Assembly (NCBI GenBank): GCA_963779415.1
Contig: CAVZYA010000002.1
Span: 512,001 to 576,000, forward strand
Reading direction: 5' to 3'
DNA length: 64,000 nucleotides
Source: an uncultured Acidobacteriota bacterium
GTDB taxonomy: Bacteria > Acidobacteriota > Thermoanaerobaculia > UBA5066
This document shows positions 7,901-17,204 of this stretch, piece after piece (the first letter of the stretch is position 1; the number at the start of each line of letters is the position of its first letter). Position numbers and translations under genes: made by a program. Below the pieces are notes generated by a model. That model had not been told where the DNA came from. It was given only the letters and a program-made list of their open reading frames with translations, and searched no databases.

Positions 7901-9745
7901 ATGTGCGGCATCGTCGGATACGTCGGCCCCCGTGAGGCGCTCCCGATCCTTCTCGACGGGCTCTCGCGCCTCGAATACCGCGGCTACGACTCGGCCGGCG
8001 TCGCCGTCCTCGGAGACGACGGCGCCCTCCGGATCGCGCGGGCCGAAGGGAAGCTCGGGCGGCTCGCCACGAAGCTTGCCTCGGAGCCTCTCCAGGGGCG
8101 CATCGGCCTCGGCCACACCCGCTGGGCGACGCACGGGCGCCCTTCCGAGGAGAACGCGCACCCCCATCGCGACGCCTCGGGGCGCGTCGTCGTCATCCAC
8201 AACGGCATCATCGAGAACTTCCTTCCCCTGAAGCGCGCCCTCGAAGCCGAAGGGGTCTCGTTCACCTCCGAGACCGATACGGAAGTCGTGGCGCAGGCTC
8301 TCGGTGCCGCGTGCCGCCGGGCGAGGGGAAAGCCGTTCGGCGAGACAGTCCGCGAGGTCCTCGGGACGCTCCGCGGCATGTACGCTCTCGTCCTTCTTTC
8401 CGCGGACGAGCCGGGCGTCCTCTATGCCGCCAAGTGGGGTCCCCCCGTCGTCCTCGGGACGGCGTCGGGAGAGAGCTTCGTCGCCTCCGACGCGACGGCG
8501 CTCCTCCCGTACACGCGCGATCTCGTCTTCCTCGAGGACGGCGACCTCGCGCGCGTGACGGCCGGAGGGATCGAGGTGACCGACTTTTCGGGAGCGCCGC
8601 GCCCGCGTCCGGCCTACCGCGTCCCGTGGGACGCCGTGGCCGCCGAGAAGGGGGGGTTTCCCCACTTCATGGCGAAGGAGATCGCCGAGCAGCCTTCCGT
8701 CGTCGCCGAGACGGTCGGCAACAAGCTCTCGCTCGAGACGGGGCGCTTCGACGAGGAGGCGATGGGGGTGCCGCGGGCACTCGTCGCCGGAATCGAGCGG
8801 ATCCACCTCGTGGCCTGCGGGACGAGCTGGCACGCGGGGCTCGTCGGGAAGTTCCTCCTCGAGGAGATCGCGCGGATCCCGACCGAGGTCGACTACGCCT
8901 CGGAGTTCCGGTACCGCGCGCCGCTCGTCTCGCCGAAGGTCCTCGTCGTCGGGATCTCGCAGTCGGGCGAGACGGCCGACACCGTCGCGGCGCTCCAGGA
9001 GGCGAAGAAGCTGGGGGCGCGGACGGTCGGGATCGTGAACGTGCCGGGCTCGGCGATCGCCCGGATGGTCGACGGCGTTCTCGCCACCCATGCCGGCCCC
9101 GAGATCGGCGTCGCCTCGACGAAGGCCTTCACGACGCAGCTCGTCGCGATCGCCCTTTTCTCCCACTACGCCCGCGTCGCGCGCGGCGGGGCGGAGCTTT
9201 CGCCCGAGGATCCGTTCGTCAGGGGGCTCGCCCATCTCCCCACCGCGATCGGCGAGGCGCTGGCCCTCGAGCCGGAGATCGAGAAGCTCTCCCGGCGACT
9301 CCAGCACGCCCGGGACGTCCTCTTCCTCGGGCGGGGCGCGCACTACCCGATCGCCCTCGAGGGGGCTCTCAAGCTGAAGGAGATCTCGTACCTCCACGCC
9401 GAGGGGTATCCCGCCGGGGAGATGAAGCACGGGCCGATCGCCCTGATCGACACGGAGATGCCGGTCGTCGGCCTCGCCCCGAAGGACCCGCTCTACGAGA
9501 AGGTCGCCTCGAACCTCCGCGAGGTGAAGGCGCGAGAAGGGGTTCTCTTCGCCTTCGTGTCGAAGGGAGACGACGAGGTCGCGCTCTTCGCCGACGTCGC
9601 GCTCGAGATCCCGACGGTTCCGCCGGCTCTCCAGCCGGTCGTCTCCGTCGTCCCGCTCCAGCTCCTCGCGTACCACACGGCGCGCCGCCGCGGCTGCGAC
9701 GTCGACCAGCCCCGGAACCTCGCCAAGTCGGTGACGGTCGAATAG
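7901..9745 (+). CDS. glmS: Glutamine--fructose-6-phosphate aminotransferase
   Basis: MCGIVG, LEYRGYDSAG, GHTRWATHG, SQSGETADT, C-terminal DVDQPRNLAKSVTVE. Confidence 0.99.
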   Translation: MCGIVGYVGPREALPILLDGLSRLEYRGYDSAGVAVLGDDGALRIARAEGKLGRLATKLASEPLQGRIGLGHTRWATHGRPSEENAHPHRDASGRVVVIHNGIIENFLPLKRALEAEGVSFTSETDTEVVAQALGAACRRARGKPFGETVREVLGTLRGMYALVLLSADEPGVLYAAKWGPPVVLGTASGESFVASDATALLPYTRDLVFLEDGDLARVTAGGIEVTDFSGAPRPRPAYRVPWDAVAAEKGGFPHFMAKEIAEQPSVVAETVGNKLSLETGRFDEEAMGVPRALVAGIERIHLVACGTSWHAGLVGKFLLEEIARIPTEVDYASEFRYRAPLVSPKVLVVGISQSGETADTVAALQEAKKLGARTVGIVNVPGSAIARMVDGVLATHAGPEIGVASTKAFTTQLVAIALFSHYARVARGGAELSPEDPFVRGLAHLPTAIGEALALEPEIEKLSRRLQHARDVLFLGRGAHYPIALEGALKLKEISYLHAEGYPAGEMKHGPIALIDTEMPVVGLAPKDPLYEKVASNLREVKAREGVLFAFVSKGDDEVALFADVALEIPTVPPALQPVVSVVPLQLLAYHTARRRGCDVDQPRNLAKSVTVE

Positions 9746-9806
9746 CCGCGGCGGCGGGGGCGGCTCTTTCGGGACTTCCGGCCCGCTGCGCTACCATCCG
9801 CGGGCC

Positions 9807-12146
9807 TTGGGCGACCCCCGGAAGAGCCTCCTCGAAGGACTGAACCCCGAGCAGACCGCCGCCGTGACGCATGGCGAGGGGCCGCTCCTCGTCCTGGCCG
9901 GGGCGGGCTCGGGGAAGACGCGCGTCCTGACGCGGCGCCTCGCCTGGCTCGTGGCCGGCGGCGTCGCGCCGGAGGCCGTCGTCGCCGTCACCTTCACGAA
10001 CAAGGCCGCGGGGGAGATGAAGGAGCGGGTCGCGTCGCTCCTCGCGACCCAGCGCCCACGCTCCTTCGTCGGGACGTTCCACGCGTGGGGGGTCCGGCTC
10101 CTCCGGCGCTTCGCCGCCGAGGCCGGGGTTCCCCGCTCCTTCGTCGTCTTCGACGCCGACGACCAGCTCGCCGTCGTGAAGCGGGCGATGAAGGAGCTGG
10201 CCCTCCCGGAGAAGCTCGCGACGCCGCGCTCGCTCCTCGCGAAGATCTCCGCCGCGAAGAACTCGGCCCTCGCGGTCGAGGAGTTTCCCCGCCGCTTCGG
10301 CGACTTCCTCGGGACCCGTCTCGCGGAGCTCTTCCGGGCCTACGAGAAGGCGCTCGGTGCCTCCTCGGCCCTCGACTTCGACGACCTTCTCGTCCGGACC
10401 GAGCGGCTCCTCGCGAAGGAGGAGAGCGTCCGCGACCTCGTCCGCCGGAGCGTCCGTCACCTTCTCGTCGATGAGTACCAGGACACGAACCGGATACAGG
10501 CGCGCCTCGTGAAGCTCGTCTCGGGAGAAGCCGGGAACGTCTTCGCGGTCGGGGACGAGGACCAGTCGATCTACCGGTGGCGTGGCGCAGATGTCGGAAA
10601 CATCCTGGAGTTCGGCAAGGAGTTCCCGGGGGCGACGACGGTCCGGCTCGAGCGGAACTACCGCTCGACGGGGGCGATCCTCGAGGCGGCGGGGGCCGTC
10701 GTGGCCGAGAACAGGCGCCGGCTCGGGAAGACGCTCCGGGCGACGCGTCCCGGGGGGAGAAGGTCCGCCTGATCTCCTTCGACGAGGAGCGGGACGAGGC
10801 GCGCGAAGTCGTCTCGCGCCTCGTGGGGGCGCGGCGGGAGAACCCCTCGGGAACGGTCGCGGTCCTCTTCCGGACGAACGCGCAATCGCGGCCGTTCGAG
10901 GACGAGCTTCTCCGCGCGAACGTGCCGTACCTCCTCGTCGGCGGGACGAAGTTCTATGAGCGCGCCGAGGTGAAGGACGCCCTCGCCTACCTTCGCCTCC
11001 TCCGGAACCCGGACGACGACGTCTCTTTCCGGCGCGTCGTGAACGTCCCGGCACGCGGGATCGGCGCCGCGACGATGGAGGCGCTCGAGGCCGCGGCCTC
11101 CGGGCGCGCGACGTCGCTCTTCGGCGCGCTGGCCTCCCTCCCGCCGGGGATGACCGAGCGGGCGAAGAAAGCGCTCGGCGAGTTTCGTTCGCTCGTCCTG
11201 GGGCTCCGCGAGACGGCGGGGGACCAGGGCCTGGGCGCCGCGACGGCGGTCGCCGCCGTCCTCACGCAGACGGGCCTCCTCGCCCTCTACGAGAAGTCCA
11301 CCGACCCCGAGGACGAGGCGCGGCGGGAGAACCTCGACGAGCTTCTCTCGGCCGCGCGCGAGCACGAGCGGGCGCTCTCCGCCGGCGGGGAAGGGGACGA
11401 CCCGTCCCTCGCCGGCTTCCTCGACGCGGTCACGCTCCGCTCCGACGCCGACGAGGCGGACGAGCGGAAGGGGGTCCTTCTCATCACCCTCCACGCGGCC
11501 AAGGGGCTCGAGTTCGACGACGTTTTCCTCGTCGGGATGGAGGACGGCTCGCTCCCGCACATCTCCTCACGGCAGGACGAAGAGGAAGTGGAGGAGGAGC
11601 GGCGCCTCGCCTACGTCGGGATGACCCGGGCGAAGAATCACCTGACGCTCTCGTACGTGAGAAGGCGGATGGTTCGCGGCGAGTGGGTAAACCGCGATCC
11701 GTCGCCCTTCCTCGATGCCATTCCGGATAAGGCGCTCGTCCGGGAGGACCTCGGCTCGTTCGCCTCGAGGGGACTCGGGAGCGGCGGAGAACGCCGAATT
11801 TTCTTAGAGGGGGAAGAAAGGGAGAGGCGGATCCTCGGGTTTGCGGCATGGTGGTCGAGAGGTGCTGTTCCCGGACTACGAGGGGGAGTCGCAGGAGCCT
11901 TCGCCGGTTCGGCGCCCGACGGCGCGCCGCGGTTCGTCGGTCCCTCTCCCCCGGATGCGGCGGACGCCGCCGCCGCCGACCGCTTCCGGCTTCCGACGCG
12001 GCTCCCGCGTCGTCCATCCCGAGTACGGCGCCGGCGTCGTCCTGATGATCGAAGGCTCCGGCGACGAGGAGAAGCTGACCGTCTACTTCGACCGGGCCGG
12101 GCGGAAGAAGTTCGTCGCCCGCTTCGCGAATCTCTCCCCGGTGTAG
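9807..12146 (+). CDS. uvrD: ATP-dependent DNA helicase UvrD/PcrA (frameshifts near 10752 and 11810-11860)
   Basis: AGAGSGKT, TFTNKAA, VDEYQD, VGDEDQSIY, NYRS, TLHAAKGLEF, EERRLAYVGMTRA; C-terminal Tudor-like domain (RVVHPEYGAG...YFDRAGRKK). Split over three frames. Confidence 0.93.
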
Positions 12147-12161
12147 ATCGGGACGGTCGTC

Positions 12162-13853
12162 TTAGTCCTCCTCTTTCGCGAGGGCGAGGATGGCCCGGCG
12201 GAGCGGGCCGTGGGCGTCGAAGAGGCGGACGTAGTCCGACTCGCGAACGCCCCCCTTGGCGCGGATGACGTCGACGAGGGCGCTCCGGGAGGCGTCGCCC
12301 CAGCGCGAGAGGCCCGGAAGGAGCGTGACGAGCGGCGCCCATCGTGTGAAGGCGAGGCGCTCGCCGGGGGAGAAGCGGGTGAGAGACGGCACCGAGAGAA
12401 GCGCCTGCGCCTCGCGCAGCGTCTCCCGGGCGGCGCGCTCGCGGTCGGGCCCGAAGCGCTTCGCGACGGCGTCGGTCACCGCGAGGCCGACGCTCGGCAG
12501 GTTCGCGACGCCGATGACGTCGTTCCGCGCCGACCCGAGGTGGAAGTAGAGGTTCTGCTTCGCGAGCCTCCGGAGCGTCGCCGGGGTGGAGCGCGACTTC
12601 GGGTTCTTCTTCAGGCGCGCTTCCTCCTGGCGCATGAGGGCGAGGGCCTCCTTCGCCTTCGGGAGGAACCCCATCTTCCGGTAGAACCACCAGGCCCCCG
12701 ACTCGATCCCCTCCTCGTTGTCGTCGCCGAGCTGGTACGGAAAGATCGTGAAGCTGTCGGCGCCGAAGAGGGCGCGCGTGACGCCGAGGACCCGGCCGTA
12801 AAGAAGACCGGCCTCCGCCCCGCGGAACGACTCGAAGACGTTGAAGGCGACCTCGGACGATCCGAAGAGCCCGCTCACGAGGACGTACCCGACCGGAATG
12901 CCGTTCTTGATCGTCAGGAAGGCGTAGACCGACTCGAGGAGAAGGCGGCGCTCGGGGACGGCGCCGAAGACGGCGAAGAAGAGGCCGTCGCCGCAGTCCG
13001 CGAGGCGGACGTCCCGGACGCTCGGATACTCGAAGACGTTGAGGTCCCGCTGCCGCGTCACCATCGAGGCGCGGGCCGCGTCGATCAGCCGGCGTGCGGT
13101 GCCGGCCGAGACCGGGCGGAAGGAGACGGGAGGGCGGTTCGCCTCCAGAGCGACGTCGGGGCGGCCCCGCGAGAGGGGAGTGCGCTGAAAGAAGACGGGA
13201 AAGCCGGGAAGCCGGGCCCGCGTCCGGGTCGGCGTACCCGGGCCGGCCGCGAGGCGGAGCATCGGCGCGAACGACTCGTAGAGCCATTCCTTCCAGAACT
13301 CGTCGACGGGAAGCGCCGCGATCCGCGCGAGGAGGTACGCGGCGTCTGTCACGCGAGGCCCGGCGAGGCGGCGGAGCCACCCTTTCGTCCCGAGGTCGAT
13401 CTCGTCGAGGCCCGGCGTCTCGGCATAGAGAGAAAGGAGCGGGAGAAGATCCTCGAGCGCCTTCGCCTTCTCGAACGCTTCCCAGTCGACCCTCAGGCGG
13501 TCCCCCCAGCTTTTCGCGAGCCAGCGGGCCGTCGCGTAATAGAAGGGATACGTCGTCTCCGTCCCGGCGATCCCGGAGTCGACGAGCGAGGAGCGGAAGC
13601 GTCGGAGATCCTCGCGCCGGTCGAACCGGGCGAGGAGCCGCCGGACGTCCGAAAGGAGGGGGGCGTTGTCGGGGAAGGCCTCGAGGAAGCAGAGCGCTTC
13701 GTGGAGCCTCTCGACGGCGCGCGCGGACCCGAGGGCGCCCCGCCCGAGCGGGACGAGGAGGGCGCGCTTCCTTCGGGCCGAGCCGGGGCCGTAGGCGAGA
13801 CGAAGCAACTCGAGCTCGGCGAGCGCCGCGGCGGGCGTCTTTTGTGTCGTCAT
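12162..13853 (-). CDS. Conserved hypothetical protein with possible C-terminal GNAT-like domain
   Basis: 563-aa coding-like ORF from ATG 13853, overlapping the padR stop. Motifs NVFESFRGAEAG and SGAWWFYRKMGF. Confidence 0.7.
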   Translation of the reverse strand: MTTQKTPAAALAELELLRLAYGPGSARRKRALLVPLGRGALGSARAVERLHEALCFLEAFPDNAPLLSDVRRLLARFDRREDLRRFRSSLVDSGIAGTETTYPFYYATARWLAKSWGDRLRVDWEAFEKAKALEDLLPLLSLYAETPGLDEIDLGTKGWLRRLAGPRVTDAAYLLARIAALPVDEFWKEWLYESFAPMLRLAAGPGTPTRTRARLPGFPVFFQRTPLSRGRPDVALEANRPPVSFRPVSAGTARRLIDAARASMVTRQRDLNVFEYPSVRDVRLADCGDGLFFAVFGAVPERRLLLESVYAFLTIKNGIPVGYVLVSGLFGSSEVAFNVFESFRGAEAGLLYGRVLGVTRALFGADSFTIFPYQLGDDNEEGIESGAWWFYRKMGFLPKAKEALALMRQEEARLKKNPKSRSTPATLRRLAKQNLYFHLGSARNDVIGVANLPSVGLAVTDAVAKRFGPDRERAARETLREAQALLSVPSLTRFSPGERLAFTRWAPLVTLLPGLSRWGDASRSALVDVIRAKGGVRESDYVRLFDAHGPLRRAILALAKEED

Positions 13854-14353
13854 GCGGACGTCCTCGGGTGGCGGGACAGTATCACCGCGGCTTCCGCGTC
13901 GGCCCACGCCATCTCGGTCTCGAGGAGGGCGCGGCGGCGCCGCCGCGCCGCGCTCGTCCCGGGCGGCGCGCTCCGAAGCTCCCCGGAGACGAGGTCGCGC
14001 CATGCGTGGAGGACGGCGACGCGGTCGGCGTGGGGGCGTGCCTCGAGAAAGGCGAGGCGTGCGAGCGCCGGGTCCCGTTCGCGTCGGCGCGAAGGGGGCT
14101 CGGCGAGCCAGGTCCGGAACTCCCGGAGACCGGCTGGCGTGACGCGGTACTCGCGGCGAGGCGGGCCCTTCGGCGAACGGCGCCTTCGGACGGAGACGAA
14201 GCCGCCGCGGCGGAGCCGCTCGAGAGCGGGGTAGATCTGCGCGAGCGTGGCGTCCCATCCGAGGGCGGGGTCGTCCGCCAGACGCTCCTTCAGGTCCCAC
14301 CCCGAAGCGCTCGCGCGGGAAAGAAGGCCCAGAAGAAGATGAGAGAGGGACAC
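13850..14353 (-). CDS. PadR family transcriptional regulator
   Basis: LLLGLL..ASGWDLK, QIYPALERL, RREYRVTPAG..FRTWL. GTG start 6 nt after TATACT. Confidence 0.9.
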   Translation of the reverse strand: MSLSHLLLGLLSRASASGWDLKERLADDPALGWDATLAQIYPALERLRRGGFVSVRRRRSPKGPPRREYRVTPAGLREFRTWLAEPPSRRRERDPALARLAFLEARPHADRVAVLHAWRDLVSGELRSAPPGTSAARRRRRALLETEMAWADAEAAVILSRHPRTSA

Positions 14354-14359
14354 GCCGAA

Positions 14360-14381
14360 AGTATATAATAAATTATATACT
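14360..14381. promoter_or_regulatory. Perfect 10-2-10 palindrome overlapping the padR -10 element (putative PadR operator)
   Basis: AGTATATAAT-AA-ATTATATACT, an extremely AT-rich sequence in a ~70% GC background. Confidence 0.8.
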
Positions 14382-14454
14382 GAGGTGCAAAAGCCCGCCG
14401 CGGCCTGTGGAAAAGATGAACGTTCGAGCACCTCCGGCCGGGGAGATTTCGGGC

Positions 14455-14484
14455 AAAAAAATAAGGGGGCCGATTCCAGCCCCC
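14455..14484 (-). terminator. Rho-independent terminator downstream of the Lys-rich micropeptide
   Basis: Minus strand GGGGGCTG-GAAT-CGGCCCCC followed by TTATTTTTTT. Confidence 0.85.
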
Positions 14485-14520
14485 GTTTCCCGGAAATATT
14501 GTGAATGGAATGAGATGGGC

Positions 14521-14586
14521 TTACTTCTTGCCCTTCTTCGTCCCCTTCTTGGTGGCCTTCTTGGTGGCCTTCTTCTTCGTCGCCAT
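14521..14586 (-). CDS. 21-aa Lys-rich micropeptide MATKKKATKKATKKGTKKGKK (histone-H1-tail-like)
   Basis: Strong RBS GGGAGGTG 8 nt before the ATG, all Lys encoded by AAG, TAA stop, downstream terminator. Below the ORF-track cutoff. Confidence 0.8.
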   Translation of the reverse strand: MATKKKATKKATKKGTKKGKK

Positions 14587-14606
14587 TGCTACTGTCACCT
14601 CCCTTT

Positions 14607-14697
14607 GGCAGAGTGGATTGACAGAGCCGGAAACCGCGTGCTAGCTTGCCGGTCCCTCGAAGGACGGGGGCTCGCGGCTCAGGATCTGTCGACTGCC
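14607..14697 (-). ncRNA. Putative structured 5' leader / cis-RNA of the micropeptide gene
   Basis: Nested pairings GGCAG/CTGCC, GACAGA/TCTGTC, GCCGCG/CGCGGT, AGC/GCT and GTCC/GGAC form a ~90-nt rod ending just before the RBS. Confidence 0.45.
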
Positions 14698-14921
14698 GTC
14701 TTGTGAATCCGGTTCGACCGATGTCAAAGAGTCCGGGTCAACCCGTGCGGCGTCGTGACTTGCCCTCGCGACGCCGCTTTTCTTTTCTCTTCCGGAATTC
14801 TAGAAGCAACGACTTGCGGGACGCAAGCATTTTTTTCTTGACGAGCGGCCGAGCGTCGTCCTCGCGCGTCGACGCGCCTCCCGGCATCCGGGCTACCATC
14901 GTCGGCGGAGATCTCGCCGAC

Positions 14922-15776
14922 ATGACCGATCCGACGATCGTCCTCGCCCACTCGCCCGACTCCGACGACGCGTTCATGTTCTACGGCCTGCGCGCCGGCG
15001 CCGTCGACACGGAGGGGATCCGTTACCGCCACGAGCTCGCCGACATCGAGACGCTGAACCGGCGCGCGCTCGACGGGGAGCTCGCGATCACCGCGGTCTC
15101 CTTCCACGCGTACGCGTTTCTCGCGGATCGCTACCTTCTCCTGCCGCACGGCGCATCCTTCGGCGACGGTTACGGCCCGTGCGTCGTCGGCCGGCGCGCG
15201 GAGGGGGCTCCCCGGACGCTCGCAGAGCTCGCGGGGCGCCGGGTCGCGATCCCGGGCGCGCTCACCTCGGCGGCCCTCGCGCTCCGCCTCTACGCGCCGG
15301 GGGCGGTCCCGGTCGTGATCGCATTCGACCGCGTCGGCGAAGCCGTGATGCGGGGCGACGTGGAGGCGGGCGTCGTCATCCACGAAGGGCAGCTCACCTG
15401 GGAGGACGAGGGGTTTCACCTCGTGGCCGACCTCGGCGCCGTCTGGAAGAAGGAGACGGGGCTTCCTCTCCCGCTCGGCGGCAACGCGGTGAGGCGGGAC
15501 CTCGGCGCCGAGACGATCGGAAAGGTCTCGCGCGGTCTCGGACGCTCGATCGCCTACGCGCTGGCCCATCGCGAGGAAGCGCTCACCGATGCGATGCGGT
15601 TCGCGCGCGGGCTCCCGCGCGAGAAGGCGGACCGCTTCGTCGGAATGTACGTGAACGACTGGACGCTCGCGTACGGCCCCGAGGGGCGCGAGGCCGTCCG
15701 CCTCTTTCTCGCGCGCGGCTTTGAGGCCGGGGTGCTGCCGGAGCGCGTCGAGCCGGAGTGGGTGCCGGAGACGTGA
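14922..15776 (+). CDS. mqnD: 1,4-dihydroxy-6-naphthoate synthase (futalosine menaquinone pathway), MqnA/MqnD family
   Basis: AHSPDSDDAFMFY, DIETLN, GASFGDGYGP, VIHEGQL, LPLPLGG, MYVN. Confidence 0.85.
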   Translation: MTDPTIVLAHSPDSDDAFMFYGLRAGAVDTEGIRYRHELADIETLNRRALDGELAITAVSFHAYAFLADRYLLLPHGASFGDGYGPCVVGRRAEGAPRTLAELAGRRVAIPGALTSAALALRLYAPGAVPVVIAFDRVGEAVMRGDVEAGVVIHEGQLTWEDEGFHLVADLGAVWKKETGLPLPLGGNAVRRDLGAETIGKVSRGLGRSIAYALAHREEALTDAMRFARGLPREKADRFVGMYVNDWTLAYGPEGREAVRLFLARGFEAGVLPERVEPEWVPET

Positions 15777-16318
15777 ACGCTCCGCCCCGCCCGGGGCCCC
15801 TCGCCGGCTTCTACCTCTTCCTCTCGGCGCTCTGGGCCGGAGCGCTCCTCTTCTTCGCCTTCGGGGCGGGAATCGTCCTCCGGAGCGCGCCGACCCGGGC
15901 CGACGGCGGCGTCGTGAACCGGGCGCTCCTCGACGCACTCGACGTGGCGTCGCTCGCCTTCGCGGCGGCGATCCTCCTTCTCCTCGCGTTTCTCTCCCGT
16001 GGCGGCGGCTGGAGCGGCACGTCGCGTGCGTTCGCGCTTCGCCTTCTCCTGCTCGGGGCCGTGGCAGCCTTCGTCTCGCTCTACCTGATCACGCCCGAGC
16101 TGGTGGCGCTCCGGTCGAAGGCGGGCCCGCTCTTCGACTCGCTCCCCGCGACGGACCCGCTCCGGCGAGCATGGGGACGGCTGCACGCCCTCTCGATGCT
16201 CACCCTCGCCGTCCGGATCGTCTCGGCCTGCGCGGCGTTCGCCCTCGGCCTCCGGGCGGGGCGGCCTGCCGCGACGCCGGCCGGGCCGGCGGCTCCCCCG
16301 CCCCGAGACACCGCGTAA
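15773..16318 (+). CDS. DUF4149 family membrane protein
   Basis: Four hydrophobic segments; LWAG..FF, LITP, RRAWGRLHALS. Confidence 0.75.
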   Translation: MNAPPRPGPLAGFYLFLSALWAGALLFFAFGAGIVLRSAPTRADGGVVNRALLDALDVASLAFAAAILLLLAFLSRGGGWSGTSRAFALRLLLLGAVAAFVSLYLITPELVALRSKAGPLFDSLPATDPLRRAWGRLHALSMLTLAVRIVSACAAFALGLRAGRPAATPAGPAAPPPRDTA

Positions 16319-17204
16319 GAAAGGTGCTCCACCGGCGCCCGTATTCCGCGGTCCGGAGGCCGGAAGGCTCGTCGGCGTGGTGTTCGTGTCCGGCGCGCGG
16401 AACGATCCAGAGCACCTTCTCGCCGCCGAGCGCCGCGAAGACGTCGCGCCCGAGCGCCACGGGGACGAGGTCGTCCTCCTCGCCGTGGACGACGACGGAG
16501 GGACAGACGACATGCCGCGCGGCGGCGAGCGGGTCGAGGCGGGACGCGGGGAGCCCGGCCGCGTTCTCCACGAGCGCGACGAAGAGGCGGCCGGCGGGCG
16601 CGGCAAGGACGCGCGGAACGCCCGTGGCGCGCGAGAGGTAGATCCCGGCCATCGCGCCGAGGTCTCCGAACGGGGAGCGAAGCCAGAGGGCGCGGACGGA
16701 CGGGCTCGCCGCGGCGGCATGAATCGCGAGGAGCGCCCCCATCGAGGCTCCGTCGAGGACGATCCGCCCCGGATCGAGAGCGAAGCGGCGCGCCGCCTCC
16801 GCGAGGAGCCTCGCGAGGTCCTCCGTTTCCCGGAGGCCGTACGTGATCCGCTCTCCCCCGGAAGGCGCGTGAGAGCGCAGCTCGGGAACGAGCACGTTCA
16901 GGCCGAGGCGAAGGGCCCGGACGGCGTCGCGCCGCCACTCCGAAGCGTCGCCTCCCTTGCCGTGGAGAAAGACGACCGTGCCGCGCCGGGCCGCTCTTCC
17001 CGCCGATGCGGCGTGCGCGACGAGGCGCGCCGGCTCGGCCGGATCGCCTTCGAAGTCGAACGTCTCGAAGAAGCCGCCGGGGCCGGCCGCCTCGCGGAGG
17101 GAGAGGCGGAACGCGATCTCCCGCTCGCCGCGGCGTTTGCGGCTCTCCGGGGTGTCCCCTTCGAGGTTCGTGGACTCGAGGAAGAGCGAGGCGAGCGGGA
17201 TCAG
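16200..17204 (-). CDS. Alpha/beta hydrolase (start approximate)
   Basis: VVFLHG, ELRSHAPSGG, GASMG nucleophile, VHGEEDDLVP, AGHEH. Confidence 0.8.
   Translation of the reverse strand: MIPLASLFLESTNLEGDTPESRKRRGEREIAFRLSLREAAGPGGFFETFDFEGDPAEPARLVAHAASAGRAARRGTVVFLHGKGGDASEWRRDAVRALRLGLNVLVPELRSHAPSGGERITYGLRETEDLARLLAEAARRFALDPGRIVLDGASMGALLAIHAAAASPSVRALWLRSPFGDLGAMAGIYLSRATGVPRVLAAPAGRLFVALVENAAGLPASRLDPLAAARHVVCPSVVVHGEEDDLVPVALGRDVFAALGGEKVLWIVPRAGHEHHADEPSGLRTAEYGRRWSTFLTRCLGAGEPPARPASRQAAPPGGRGRTPRRPRRSGRRG

Noticed and set aside
9700-9806. attTn7 site at the glmS 3' end
   Set aside because: The target sequence is present but unoccupied: uvrD follows within ~60 bp, with no Tn7 ends or tns genes.
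14407-14706. 99-aa plus-strand ORF across the padR-mqnD intergenic region
   Set aside because: Antisense to the micropeptide gene; its LLGGLL repeats simply mirror the AAG/GCC/ACC codons.
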